Shown: positions 7,706 to 17,950, counted from the stretch's first letter. The stretch is DNA of 64,000 bases from a virus (IMGVR_UViG_3300014208_000043:1690-65689); one strand, 5' to 3'. Program-made: numbers and translations. Notes: generated by a model from the sequence alone, not told the origin.

Positions 7706-8273
7706 GAGCGAATACGAAATCGCTCCTCTCGTTAATATCATCGAAGGATATTCATATCCAATTCGTGTTTATGCGTCGTGCCATAAAAACGTTTCGGCAT
7801 CCGTAAATAGAAACGCCTGCATAAATGAAGCCATAAGAAGGCAAGAGGTTGACCGCATAATCATGGTTGATGACGATATGCGGGGCTTTTATAAGGGCTG
7901 GTGTGATGCGATGGTGGCTCCACTCGAAGACCCATTGGTTTCCGCGGTCTCGGCAAGACTCATAACGAAAGACGGGGCCCCGGGATTTATGATGGGGATG
8001 GAAGGTAAGACGGATACGGAAGGCTTGATTGAGGTTAATAAGATGCCGAGTGCGTGTATAGCCTTCAGGGTTCAGGACTACATATCTTTTTGCGAAGAAT
8101 TTAAGGGTTCTGGCTTCGAAGACCTTTACTGGTGCTGGCAGCACAAAAAGCGAAATCCGGAAATGAAATTCATCGTCAATGCGGATTGTAAGCTCATTCA
8201 CTTAAACGAACAAAAGAATCAGTCGGTGAATGATGCACACAATAGGGCTGTTTACGAAAGGCTTACAAAATGA
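7677..8273 (+). CDS. Glycosyltransferase, GT2-like
   Basis: ILVTIPT, SVNRNACI, IIMVDDD, GFEDLYWC. Confidence 0.8.
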   Translation: MILVTIPTNKSEYEIAPLVNIIEGYSYPIRVYASCHKNVSASVNRNACINEAIRRQEVDRIIMVDDDMRGFYKGWCDAMVAPLEDPLVSAVSARLITKDGAPGFMMGMEGKTDTEGLIEVNKMPSACIAFRVQDYISFCEEFKGSGFEDLYWCWQHKKRNPEMKFIVNADCKLIHLNEQKNQSVNDAHNRAVYERLTK

Positions 8274-9109
8274 AAAAGAACATACTGATTATAGGTGGAA
8301 ATGGGACATTGGGAACTGCGCTTTCCGAAGTTCTTTATGGAAAGTGTAATCTGTTTATTGCAAGCAGGGGAGAGGAAAACCAGAAGCGTTATTTTGAAAA
8401 ATACCCTGAAGCCAAAATGATTATTGCGGACTGCGGAAGCAGGGAGTCCGTTTCTGATATGCTCAATATGGCTGCGAGAGACGGGGTGATTGACCTCGTT
8501 ATTCATTGTGCGGCAATGAAGCATGTGAATGTTTGCGAAGATAATCCAGGCGAATGTGCCAGGATAAACGTGACTGGAACGCTTTATGTTGCAGATGAGT
8601 GCGTAAGGAGGCATATCGATTCTGCAATCTTCATAAGCTCAGACAAGAGTGTCGATCCTATAAGCACTTATGGTGCAAGCAAGCTCATGGCCGAAAGGAT
8701 ATGGTTGTCTGGAAATAGCATGAGCCGGTCAAAAATGAGCGTTATCCGCTCCGGAAACATTTACGGAAGCCGCGGATCGGTGATTCCCTTTTGGGAAGAA
8801 AAGGCCAAGCGCGGAGAAGACATCCCGATTACCAGTAGGAACATGATACGGTACTGGATATCTCCGGAAGCCCTTGCCAATTTCATTGTTGCCAGGGCCG
8901 AAGAAATGAAAGGCGGGGAAATATTCATTCCGGACTGTGCGCTTCGGTCGGCTTACGAAATAGCCGTTGATATAAATAATCAGTATGGAGGGAAGTCGAA
9001 GATTATTGATGTCGGCCTGCGGCCCGGAGAGCGGCTTGATGAAAGTCTGTACGGTAAACATGAATCCGTTACAAAAACGGAATGGGGGTATCTTGTTAAA
9101 GGAAATTAA
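8270..9109 (+). CDS. UDP-GlcNAc 4,6-dehydratase-like SDR (PseB/CapD family)
   Basis: GGNGTLG, HCAAMKHV, SSDKSVDP, YGASK, RSGNIYGSRGSVIPFW, GLRPGERL. Confidence 0.9.
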   Translation: MKKNILIIGGNGTLGTALSEVLYGKCNLFIASRGEENQKRYFEKYPEAKMIIADCGSRESVSDMLNMAARDGVIDLVIHCAAMKHVNVCEDNPGECARINVTGTLYVADECVRRHIDSAIFISSDKSVDPISTYGASKLMAERIWLSGNSMSRSKMSVIRSGNIYGSRGSVIPFWEEKAKRGEDIPITSRNMIRYWISPEALANFIVARAEEMKGGEIFIPDCALRSAYEIAVDINNQYGGKSKIIDVGLRPGERLDESLYGKHESVTKTEWGYLVKGN

Positions 9110-9899
9110 TATTCTCGTTCCAAGCAAGGACCGGCCGGCGCAGCTCGATCTTCTACTCCGAAGCATGGAGAAGCATTTTTGCACAGCTCCATACACCGGG
9201 AAGCCGACAATAATTTTCAAGGCCACAAGCGGAATATTCTATGACGGATACACTCTTGTTGGGGAGCGAAACCCCGGGTGCAAGTGGATAGGGGAGCGTT
9301 TCAACCAGAACACATATAAAGACATCCTTATTGGAGCAATTGACCCGACAAAAGAATTGACGGTACTATTCGTTGACGACAACATCTTCATAAACAAATT
9401 CGATATCAACAATTCTAATTTCCAGAAATTCATGACCGATCCGAACGGAATATGCTTCTCTTTGAGGCTTAATCCTAAGATAACATACAGCTATACATGC
9501 AATAATTCTTTCCCCCCAATGGAAAAGACATCTTGGATATGGGTAGATCAGCCGTTCGAGTATGGCTATCCAATGAGTTTTGACGGTCACATTTACAGAA
9601 CAGAAGAGCTTCTTGATGCTGTTAGTCAAATTGACTTTGACGGACCCCCGATGTTCGAGTCCGAGCTTGCGAAAAGGCCCATCCCGAAAAGTGTTTTATG
9701 GTGTGATGAAATATCTTATATTACGAATGTTGCCAATAACAGGGTACAAAAAACATTCCCAAACAGGCACGGAGAAGATAACGTGATTGACCTTTGTAAT
9801 AGATACTTAATGGGAGAGCGAATAAGGCTTGAGCCGTTTGAAGGCATGAGCCCTACCTCTTGCCATATCGAAACCCCGTTTCAATGGGAGGTGGCGTGA
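9093..9899 (+). CDS. Putative glycosyltransferase (GT-A fold)
   Basis: ILVPSKDRPAQLDLLLRS, LFVDDNIF, FSLRL, YPMSFDGHIY; TTG start with SD inferred. Confidence 0.7.
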   Translation: MLKEINILVPSKDRPAQLDLLLRSMEKHFCTAPYTGKPTIIFKATSGIFYDGYTLVGERNPGCKWIGERFNQNTYKDILIGAIDPTKELTVLFVDDNIFINKFDINNSNFQKFMTDPNGICFSLRLNPKITYSYTCNNSFPPMEKTSWIWVDQPFEYGYPMSFDGHIYRTEELLDAVSQIDFDGPPMFESELAKRPIPKSVLWCDEISYITNVANNRVQKTFPNRHGEDNVIDLCNRYLMGERIRLEPFEGMSPTSCHIETPFQWEVA

Positions 9900-10588
9900 G
9901 CAAGAACTACGATAACAGGGAGTCGTGGCTAAAAATTAAACTCAGTGCCATTCCATCCGGAAGCAGCATTATCGACGTTGGCGCTGGTGATTGCCCTCAT
10001 AAAAATCTGTGCGGTCATCTTAATTATGTGTCTCAGGATTTTTGTCAATACAAACCAGGGGCAACCGGAATAGAAAATCAGGATTGGAAATACGGTAAAA
10101 TTGATATTGTTAGCCCGATATACGATATACCTGTTTCGGGGGATGCCTACGACTCGGTGTTATGTACGGAAGTTCTTGAGCATGTTTTTGAACCGATTAG
10201 GGTTATATCTGAAATCGTTAGAATATTGAAGCCGGGGGGAGTGCTTATTCTTACGGCTCCAGTTTGTTCAACAACCCATCAGAACCCTTATTATTTTTAT
10301 AATGGCTTTAGCGAAAACTGGTACATAGAAGCTATGAAGCGTAACGGAATGGATATTGTCGAAATTGAACATAGCGGAAATTTTTACGACTATCACGCCC
10401 AGGAGCTGGCTAAGATACCAGAGGTTGCATCGGCATATAATGGAGATGCGATGAGGGGGCCCAATAAATTAGAGTCGGACATAATAGATGAGCTTAATTT
10501 ATATTCTTCAAAAGACGGCGGATCTGGAAAGATGCTGTGTTTTGGAATTCATGTTTTAGCCAGAAAGAAACACTATGAAAGTATTTAA
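9896..10588 (+). CDS. Class I SAM-dependent methyltransferase
   Basis: IIDVGAG, YDSVLCTEVLEHV, RILKPGGVLILTAP. Confidence 0.9.
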   Translation: MSKNYDNRESWLKIKLSAIPSGSSIIDVGAGDCPHKNLCGHLNYVSQDFCQYKPGATGIENQDWKYGKIDIVSPIYDIPVSGDAYDSVLCTEVLEHVFEPIRVISEIVRILKPGGVLILTAPVCSTTHQNPYYFYNGFSENWYIEAMKRNGMDIVEIEHSGNFYDYHAQELAKIPEVASAYNGDAMRGPNKLESDIIDELNLYSSKDGGSGKMLCFGIHVLARKKHYESI

Positions 10589-11249
10589 TGCTGGTGATTT
10601 GGTCTTTGACGTTGGCTGCAACAAGGGAAACAAGACCGACATTTATTTAAGCCAAGGCGCAAGAGTTATATGTTTCGAGCCAAACCCAACCATGTTCGAG
10701 CCGTTGGTTAAAAAATACTGCAATAACCCAAGCGTAATAGAGGTGAATGCGGCACTCGGAGCTGCCCAGGGTACAATGAAGATGTATCTTTGTCGGGCTT
10801 CTGACAACACCGTTATCACAGAACTTTGCACTCTCACCAAAGAATTCATAGAGAAAGCCGAGCGGTTCCACTGTTTTAAATATTCTGACAATGACACAAT
10901 CGACGTTCCGGTTATTACCCTTGATTCGGCAATCAACACATACGGAAAGCCGGACTATATCAAGATTGATGTTGAGGGTTTCGAGGTGAGCGTACTCGCC
11001 GGATTATCGGTTCCGATTAAGGCGCTCAGTTTTGAATACACCCCAGAGCTTCACACGTCAGCAGAAAAATGTTGTGCAAGGCTTTGCGAGGTTTTCCCTG
11101 GATACAAGTTCAACTATTCCAGCAGGGAAACGGAAGAATTGTTCTTCAAAGAATCAACCGATGCGCTTTCTGTGTTGGCATATTTAAGACGGTTTGAGAA
11201 AGACAGGGTTGAATATGGCGACATATTCGCATTCTCGGAGCCGAAATGA
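10575..11249 (+). CDS. FkbM family methyltransferase
   Basis: VFDVGCNKG, VICFEPNP, VITLD, YIKIDVEGFE, LSFEY. Confidence 0.9.
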   Translation: MKVFNAGDLVFDVGCNKGNKTDIYLSQGARVICFEPNPTMFEPLVKKYCNNPSVIEVNAALGAAQGTMKMYLCRASDNTVITELCTLTKEFIEKAERFHCFKYSDNDTIDVPVITLDSAINTYGKPDYIKIDVEGFEVSVLAGLSVPIKALSFEYTPELHTSAEKCCARLCEVFPGYKFNYSSRETEELFFKESTDALSVLAYLRRFEKDRVEYGDIFAFSEPK

Positions 11250-11944
11250 GGACAATGGCGATAAGCTTTGTTAAGGGAGGCAAGCATCAACCCTTAATTC
11301 AAAAGCAAAAAATTCAGGCCGGAGATGCAGGATTCAATTATTCCATCGTCTATACATGGGAAGATCTTGAAAAGACGGCGGAGTATATAACATACAAAGA
11401 ACTGTACGACGTTCCGAAGGGCGCCGGATACTGGATGTGGAAGCCGTACTATCTTTTGAGAACGATGAGGGAAATGGAATATGGAGATTTGGTTTTCTAT
11501 TGCGATGCTGGAGATTATTACAGCAAGGATGCTGTAAGCAGGATGCTTTCTATTGCGGAAATAAACGATGGGAGATTTCTTCTTAGTCATGTTTTCGCTA
11601 ATAATTATGAATACGTTAAGGAATATTTGTTTTCTAAGTGCTTTGGTGGGGCGGAGAACTTTTCGAGAAGCGCCCCCCAAATAGAGGCCGGCGTTAACGC
11701 TTGGATAGTAACAAAAGAGAATATTGATTTTATTGAAGACTGGTATTTGCTTTCGAGACAGAAAGACAACATTAACGACGATAATTGCGGGTATGAAAAT
11801 GAGACTAGGTTCAAGGACTACAGATACGATCAGTCCATTCTTTCTTTACTTGTAAGCAAGAGGGGATATAAAAGCGTTAGAATAAACCTCACCCACGACT
11901 GGCTTATCTGCAATAAATTAACCAATGAGTTGCCGGGGTTATGA
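11246..11944 (+). CDS. Putative glycosyltransferase; paralog of the C-terminal domain of 12583-14175
   Basis: GAGYWMWKP, FYCDAG, QIEAG, YRYDQSILSLL. Confidence 0.65.
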   Translation: MRTMAISFVKGGKHQPLIQKQKIQAGDAGFNYSIVYTWEDLEKTAEYITYKELYDVPKGAGYWMWKPYYLLRTMREMEYGDLVFYCDAGDYYSKDAVSRMLSIAEINDGRFLLSHVFANNYEYVKEYLFSKCFGGAENFSRSAPQIEAGVNAWIVTKENIDFIEDWYLLSRQKDNINDDNCGYENETRFKDYRYDQSILSLLVSKRGYKSVRINLTHDWLICNKLTNELPGL

Positions 11945-12582
11945 TTTCAATAATCGCTACGACCTATAACGGATTTCACTTCCTTACTAATGCGCTTAGA
12001 AGCTGTCCGCGTGGAGACGAATTCGAGACAATCCTTGTTGACGATTGTAGTCCAATGCCATTTCCCGACTATGCGAAGAAGGAAATAGACCGCTTGGGCG
12101 TCCGGTACTTCCGGACACCCACAAACATGATGCTTCCCGGGGCTAGGAATTACGGAATTGAGCGGTCTATTGGAGATTGGTTTATAACCCTTGATGAAGA
12201 TGATTGGTTTTATCCAGGCGCAATTCAAAGGCTATTCTCCGAAAGAAAAGACGCTGATATTGTTTATGGAAACATAAAGAATTACGGAAAGACCGTCGAG
12301 CCGTGCACTGAAGAAATAACCAAGGAGACGTTTTTAAACGGCAACCCGCTATTTGTTCACTCGCTCCAAAGCAAAAAGGTATGGGAAAGAATCGGCGGGT
12401 ATAGCGTCAAGAATGTTGAATACTATGAAGACTGGAATTACTGGAAGAGGGCGGCCGAGGCAGGATTTTCCTTTAAGTACGTTCCAGTCATTGTATATAA
12501 TAAAACAGAGAGACAGGGAAGTATGTGCAGGAGAATCGGCGGAAACATAGACGGTGCCGTTAGTCTTACATTGGAGGCATAA
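11941..12582 (+). CDS. Glycosyltransferase family 2
   Basis: ISIIATTYN, ILVDDCS, GARNYGI, ITLDEDD, EDWNYW. Confidence 0.9.
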   Translation: MISIIATTYNGFHFLTNALRSCPRGDEFETILVDDCSPMPFPDYAKKEIDRLGVRYFRTPTNMMLPGARNYGIERSIGDWFITLDEDDWFYPGAIQRLFSERKDADIVYGNIKNYGKTVEPCTEEITKETFLNGNPLFVHSLQSKKVWERIGGYSVKNVEYYEDWNYWKRAAEAGFSFKYVPVIVYNKTERQGSMCRRIGGNIDGAVSLTLEA

Positions 12583-14175
12583 ATGAAAATTGGAGTCCTT
12601 TTAATTGCTACCGGGAAATATATTGATTTCCTGAAGCCCATTTATAAATCAATACGCCTTCATTTCTTAACCAAGCACAATGTTATCGTCTATGTGTTTA
12701 CGGATTCCATAGACAAGACCCCCCCAGGATGCACACCAATATACCAGAAACATCTTTTCTGGCCCGGCGCATCCATGAAGCGATATTCCATGTTTAAGAA
12801 CGCTTCCGCGGTAATAGGCGGAAACGACTACCTGTATTATCTGGATGTTGACTCCCTTGTCCTGCAAGACATCGGCGACGAGATTCTTGGCGAGAGAGTG
12901 GCAACGCTTCACAGCGAGAACTATAAACTGAATCCGGACCAGCAGCCCTATGAACGAAACGAGAAAAGTTTTGCCGGGGTTCCCGAGGGCAAGGGAAAGA
13001 CCTATTACTGCGGCGGGTTCAACGGAGGGAAGGCCGATAAGTTTCTTGAAATGTGCAAGATTATTTCCGCAAACATAGAAGGAGACTTGAGGGAGGGAAT
13101 TGTTGCGAAATGCTACGACGAATCGCACTTGAACAAGTATTTCATAAACAATAAGCCCGACGTTGAATTGTCTCCCGCTTATGGATACTCCGGGGCAATG
13201 AATGAAAAAACCCTTCCATTTGAAAAGAAAATACTTTTCCTGGTTAAGGATCATGTTGCCGTAAGAGAAAGAAATTATGATACGGCCATGGAAAAGGAGG
13301 GGGATGGAAAAATGCCTACCGTTCACTATATAACCTATTCGGATTATCCTTTCAGGAAGCTCCAGGCGTGGGCCTGCAACAATGCAGCGAATTGCGGGTT
13401 CCAGAAAATACTGTCCTATACAAAGGAATGGCTTATAGCCACGGATTTCTATAAGGAAAACAAGGAAATTCTGGACATGGAGCGGGGCGCCGGATATTGG
13501 ATATGGAAGCCGTTCATTATTCTTGAGACAATGAAGAACGTCAAGGACGGCGATATCGTATTCTACTGCGACTCCGCCGACCAGGTTAAGCTTGGTTCAA
13601 AAGATTATATCATCGACACCGTATCAAAGAATGGAATGCTTATCGTCCGGAACGATTGCCTTAATAAACAGTACATAAAGATGGACGCATTTGTTCTATG
13701 CGATGCGGACTGGCCGAAATACCACAACAATAACCAGGTGGAGGCCGGCATTTGCGCTTTCGTTAAAAACGAAAACTGCATTGAGATTCTTAACGAATGG
13801 CTTTTTTACTGCAAAAACAAAAACATCGTTACTGATTTACCCAATATTTGCGGAAAGCCAAACCTTAAAGAGTTTGCAGACCATCGACACGACCAGGCCG
13901 TGCTTACTCTTGTGGCCCTGAAGCGCGACCTTCCCATGGTTCCAATATCGGAAGCCGCCCAGTACATCTCATGGGATGTTGGTAAAAGCGTTGGCGGTCT
14001 TGCCGGGGAAATCAAAGGAAAGATGCCGTCGATAATAATGACCCAGAAGGACATAAAAAAAGAACTTCTTTTAAAGTATAGACTCCCGGAAGACTTCGGC
14101 CCGAGACATCCCTGGTGGAAGCAGCCAAGCTTTCAATACAGATACCAGAAGATGATTTATGAGGAGGGCAAGTGA
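12583..14175 (+). CDS. GT6 (ABO/alpha-1,3-Gal-transferase family) fused to a second GT-like domain and a C-terminal tag
   Basis: KIGVLLIATGKY, VFTD, YYLDVD, ATLH, YYCGGFNGG, DESHLNKYF, LSPAY; then GAGYWIWKP...HRHDQ. Confidence 0.85.
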   Translation: MKIGVLLIATGKYIDFLKPIYKSIRLHFLTKHNVIVYVFTDSIDKTPPGCTPIYQKHLFWPGASMKRYSMFKNASAVIGGNDYLYYLDVDSLVLQDIGDEILGERVATLHSENYKLNPDQQPYERNEKSFAGVPEGKGKTYYCGGFNGGKADKFLEMCKIISANIEGDLREGIVAKCYDESHLNKYFINNKPDVELSPAYGYSGAMNEKTLPFEKKILFLVKDHVAVRERNYDTAMEKEGDGKMPTVHYITYSDYPFRKLQAWACNNAANCGFQKILSYTKEWLIATDFYKENKEILDMERGAGYWIWKPFIILETMKNVKDGDIVFYCDSADQVKLGSKDYIIDTVSKNGMLIVRNDCLNKQYIKMDAFVLCDADWPKYHNNNQVEAGICAFVKNENCIEILNEWLFYCKNKNIVTDLPNICGKPNLKEFADHRHDQAVLTLVALKRDLPMVPISEAAQYISWDVGKSVGGLAGEIKGKMPSIIMTQKDIKKELLLKYRLPEDFGPRHPWWKQPSFQYRYQKMIYEEGK

Positions 14176-15128
14176 AAAAGAGATGCCTGATTCTTGGAAG
14201 TAATGGTTTTGTTGGCGCAAGGCTATACGATAGGCTTTCCAAATTAAATAATGTAAAAAGGTGTGATCTGTCTGAAAAGGATTCGTATTCGTATTTCACG
14301 GCAGACTTAAGACATTCTGCGGAAGCGCGGTATGTATTTTCAAAGAGTGACCGCTTCCATGAAGTGTATCAGTGTGCAGCCACGGTTGGCGGAGTAGGTT
14401 TTTATGGAAACGGAAAACATGATGCTGATATTCTCCGGGATTCTATTCTGATAAACGCCAATGTTTTAAATGCCATACTCGAAGAGGGTGAGCCATACCC
14501 CAAAGTGTTTTTTGCAAGCTCTGCAACAGTTTATCCCGGCGACAAAGAGGGTGCCATGAGTGAAGACATGGCCTATCCGGTAAATCCATCAAGCGAGTAT
14601 GGGTGGGAAAAAATCATGAGTGAGCGGCTTTATCTAGCACACCACCGCAACTATGGAATTCCAATAAGGATAGCGAGGTTTCACAACATCTTTGGTGCTC
14701 CGTGTGTTTACGATGGAGGCAGGGAAACGTCAATAGCGTCGTTTTGCAGGATGATTGCTCGTGCTCCAAACGGTGGGAGCATCAAAATCTGGGGTGATGG
14801 ATCGGCCAGGAGAAGTTATATTCACATTGATGATTGCGTATCCGGAGTCATGGCGCTAATGGAGGGTGATACTGTTGGACCCGTAAACATCGGCTCCGAT
14901 CTTTCTGTTTCCATAAGGGATATATGTGAAATCATTATTTCCTCTTCTGGGAAGGAAATAAAAATAGAGCAAGCAGACGGTCCGGCAGGAGCAAAGAATA
15001 GAAATTCAGATAATGCGCTGGCGTATTCCGGCCTTAATTGGAGGCCCGAATTTACCCTACAAGGGCTTAAGGATAAATTGGCCGAGACATATAAATGGAT
15101 TGAAAGGCAGGTTCAAAATGAAGATTGA
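14172..15128 (+). CDS. NAD-dependent sugar-nucleotide epimerase, GDP-mannose 3,5-epimerase-like
   Basis: GSNGFVG, AATVGGVGF, EYGWEK, RIARFHNIFG, IWGDG..RRSYIHIDDCV, PVNIGSD. Confidence 0.85.
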   Translation: MKKRCLILGSNGFVGARLYDRLSKLNNVKRCDLSEKDSYSYFTADLRHSAEARYVFSKSDRFHEVYQCAATVGGVGFYGNGKHDADILRDSILINANVLNAILEEGEPYPKVFFASSATVYPGDKEGAMSEDMAYPVNPSSEYGWEKIMSERLYLAHHRNYGIPIRIARFHNIFGAPCVYDGGRETSIASFCRMIARAPNGGSIKIWGDGSARRSYIHIDDCVSGVMALMEGDTVGPVNIGSDLSVSIRDICEIIISSSGKEIKIEQADGPAGAKNRNSDNALAYSGLNWRPEFTLQGLKDKLAETYKWIERQVQNED

Positions 15129-16161
15129 CAAGTACAATCCTTTTAATGGGGATAAAGCATTGTGCCATGTTGACCGCTGGAAGCTTGTTAAAAAAGGCAT
15201 TGTTATGTCTCCGGTATTTGTCTCTCTGGATTTATCAGAAGTATGTAATTTAAATTGCACCTTTTGTAACGCCAGGAAAGTACGCGGTAAAGTAAAGATG
15301 GATCGGGCTACTATTGATAAGGCTGTTGGCGTTCTTGCCAGGTGGGGCACAAGGGCGGTTTGTATTGGTGGTGGTGGAGAATCAACGCTAAATCCAAACA
15401 TAGGATACGCAATAAAACGCCTACATGAACACGGTGTTTCCGTTGGGATAGTTACCAACGGCGTAAAAATCCCGCTTATAAATCCAGAATTTGTTTCATG
15501 GATTGGCGTATCCGTGGACGCGGCAACCAATAAGACGTATGGAAAAATTAAGGGATGTAGGCCGGCCACATTTGACAAGGTAATCGAGAACATAAAGTTC
15601 TTTAAAAAGCACTACCCATCAATTGAATTGACTTATAAATTTCTACTTCACCCACTGAATGAGCGCGAGGTTAAGGATGCGATTGGCTTAGCAAAAGAGA
15701 TTGGGTGCGACAGAATTCATATTCGCCCAGGGTCTTATGCGTGGTTTGATAAGACCGGAAAGCAGTTTGAGTTTAAGGTTGACAGCTATCGCCTTACCGA
15801 AGAAGATATCGATCGAGGAAGGTTGATTAACGAGTCGGAAAATTTCAGAGTGCATGCTGTTTACGAAAAATTCAACCGTATGTTTAAGCCAAAGATTCCA
15901 TTCGATAGGTGTTATGCCGGGTTTGCCACCTGTTATATTTCTCCGCGTGGCGGGGTCGGGCTTTGCTGCGACCGGCGCGGGGACAAGAAGATGATGCTCG
16001 GCAACCTGGACAATATCGAACAGCGATGGGGAAGCCAGATGCACCGCAATATTTTAAAGAGTGTTGACGTGCTTATGTGCCCGAGATGCACCTATTCCCA
16101 TGTGAACCAGATTTTCGAGAACGTGATAATGGAAGACCGGATGATGGTTGATTTTATATAA
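15118..16161 (+). CDS. Radical SAM enzyme with SPASM/Twitch-like C-terminal Cys cluster
   Basis: CNLNCTFC (CxxxCxxC), GGGESTL, VTNG, VSVDA, C-terminal C...CC...CPRC. Confidence 0.9.
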   Translation: MKIDKYNPFNGDKALCHVDRWKLVKKGIVMSPVFVSLDLSEVCNLNCTFCNARKVRGKVKMDRATIDKAVGVLARWGTRAVCIGGGGESTLNPNIGYAIKRLHEHGVSVGIVTNGVKIPLINPEFVSWIGVSVDAATNKTYGKIKGCRPATFDKVIENIKFFKKHYPSIELTYKFLLHPLNEREVKDAIGLAKEIGCDRIHIRPGSYAWFDKTGKQFEFKVDSYRLTEEDIDRGRLINESENFRVHAVYEKFNRMFKPKIPFDRCYAGFATCYISPRGGVGLCCDRRGDKKMMLGNLDNIEQRWGSQMHRNILKSVDVLMCPRCTYSHVNQIFENVIMEDRMMVDFI

Positions 16162-16171
16162 GGGGGAAACA

Positions 16172-16519
16172 ATGGAATATCCCGTTGCGGAAATGGCAGA
16201 TCGATACACTATAGCAAAACTAAAGCACGAACGCTTAAATCAGTGTACGGAAGAAATGATTCAGCTATACGCTAGTCTCGGAGACAGGGCGGTTATACAC
16301 GGATTTGAGATAGGGCAGCTCTATGCAATAAATGGCCTTATTTGGGACATGGAGGCCGAGATCCGGCAAGGGGTAATTGGAAAAGAGTCTTACGAAGAGA
16401 TTGGGCGCCGGGCGCTTCTGATCAGACATATGAATAAAAAAAGAGTCGGTGTAAGAAACTTAATAGCCAATATTGAGAAGCAGCCTATTGATGTTAAAGG
16501 AAACCATGCCAGCGAATGA
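16172..16519 (+). CDS. Small helical protein of a type often found in phage glycosylation clusters (DUF6165-like)
   Basis: EMADRYTIAKLK...INGLIWDMEAEIR...MNKKRVGVRNLI. Confidence 0.55.
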   Translation: MEYPVAEMADRYTIAKLKHERLNQCTEEMIQLYASLGDRAVIHGFEIGQLYAINGLIWDMEAEIRQGVIGKESYEEIGRRALLIRHMNKKRVGVRNLIANIEKQPIDVKGNHASE

Positions 16520-17291
16520 CATTTCAGTCGTATTAACAATTCACAATAAAGAGATGTTGGCTTACGAGGTAATGAAGGCTATTCTCTTAAAGTCGTCTCC
16601 TGCCGTTAAAGAGGTTATTGTGGTTCTAGATGGATGCACGGATACCTCATTTGAGAAAGTTGATACCGCGGTTGCGAATTATAACACAAGAAGGATCCCC
16701 ATTATATACGTCGAGACCCCGGATGTTTATGAGCTCCGGGCCAATAACGAGGGGATGAAAAGGGCGAATGGAGAATATGTAATATTATGTCAAGACGATT
16801 GCGTCATCCAGGAACAAGATTATGACGTTAGACTTTTATCGGTATTCAAGAAATACAACGATATCTTCGCAGTCTCGGGCCGGGCGGCCCATAACATAGA
16901 AAGGGCGTGGTCCGGGTTCTATCCATTAGGATACTCCGACCTTATGGGGTATGACAATAAGGCTCCGAGAGATAAGGTCTTTATCAGGGACGCGGTGAAT
17001 CGTGGGCCCCTGATGCTAGAAATGAAGCGGACAAGAGAGTTGGAATATTTTGACGAGGCACTACTCCCTCAGAATGGGGACGATCACGACCTATGCTTGC
17101 GTGGATACCGAAAAGGGTGGCTGTGCGGATCTACGTGGGTCGATTACCGTTCTGATGAAGACTGGGGAACCTCCAGAAGCGGTAAGTCGATTGTGACCGG
17201 GGATGTAATTAAGAAAAACATGACCACCATTTATGAGCGGCACCACGATTTGATTGATGGAAAGAAGCATAACGAGGAGAGGCCAATATGA
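16506..17291 (+). CDS. Glycosyltransferase family 2
   Basis: ISVVLTIHN, VVLDGCTD, ANNEG, ILCQDD, DDHDLCLR. Confidence 0.9.
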   Translation: MPANDISVVLTIHNKEMLAYEVMKAILLKSSPAVKEVIVVLDGCTDTSFEKVDTAVANYNTRRIPIIYVETPDVYELRANNEGMKRANGEYVILCQDDCVIQEQDYDVRLLSVFKKYNDIFAVSGRAAHNIERAWSGFYPLGYSDLMGYDNKAPRDKVFIRDAVNRGPLMLEMKRTRELEYFDEALLPQNGDDHDLCLRGYRKGWLCGSTWVDYRSDEDWGTSRSGKSIVTGDVIKKNMTTIYERHHDLIDGKKHNEERPI

Positions 17292-17950
17292 GTATTGCCC
17301 TACTTGTGCATGCGGGAGATTCTAATGCGTGGGCCTGGCCGCACTTTCTTCGCCATTTTGCAAAATGGTGGGATGCTGATTGCGGGATACCCGTTTACTT
17401 TGCATCGGAAGAGGTTCCAGTGGATCACCCAAGGACAATAAATCTGAAAATAGGCTTTCGTCCGTGGGGCGGGTTTATTCAAAAGGCGCTTCTGAAGATA
17501 CCGGAAGACCATATTCTTTTTATGCACTCCGATTATTTCTTTATAGACCAAATAGATTATTCTCTTTTAAATACCCTTCATAATTTAGCGCATTCAAAAG
17601 ACATTAGGATTCTCAAATGCTGCGGATCCTGGATGGGCTTTGAGAATCCCATGTTTCCCCCAACACAAGAGAATATGGACGGCGTTGAAATGTGGAGATA
17701 CAACAACAAATCCGACTATCTGACATCACAGCAGGAAAGTATTTGGGAAAAGCAAACCCTTTACGATTCCATTCTACCAAGCGAACAGCCATGGTCGGCC
17801 GAAACAAACGGATCTAACAGGCTAAAAGCCCGAAACCCGGACGTTCGCATTTACGCTTACCGAGGCAGACCCCCAGTCCCATACGAGGAAACAATAGGCC
17901 GCGGTCAAATCCGCCCTGGAGCGGAGAAGTATTTTGAGGGAACGAAATGA
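17288..17950 (+). CDS. Putative glycosyltransferase (GT-A-like)
   Basis: LLVHAGD, ILFMHSDYF, SQQESIWEK, PWSAE; within the GT cluster. Confidence 0.55.
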   Translation: MSIALLVHAGDSNAWAWPHFLRHFAKWWDADCGIPVYFASEEVPVDHPRTINLKIGFRPWGGFIQKALLKIPEDHILFMHSDYFFIDQIDYSLLNTLHNLAHSKDIRILKCCGSWMGFENPMFPPTQENMDGVEMWRYNNKSDYLTSQQESIWEKQTLYDSILPSEQPWSAETNGSNRLKARNPDVRIYAYRGRPPVPYEETIGRGQIRPGAEKYFEGTK

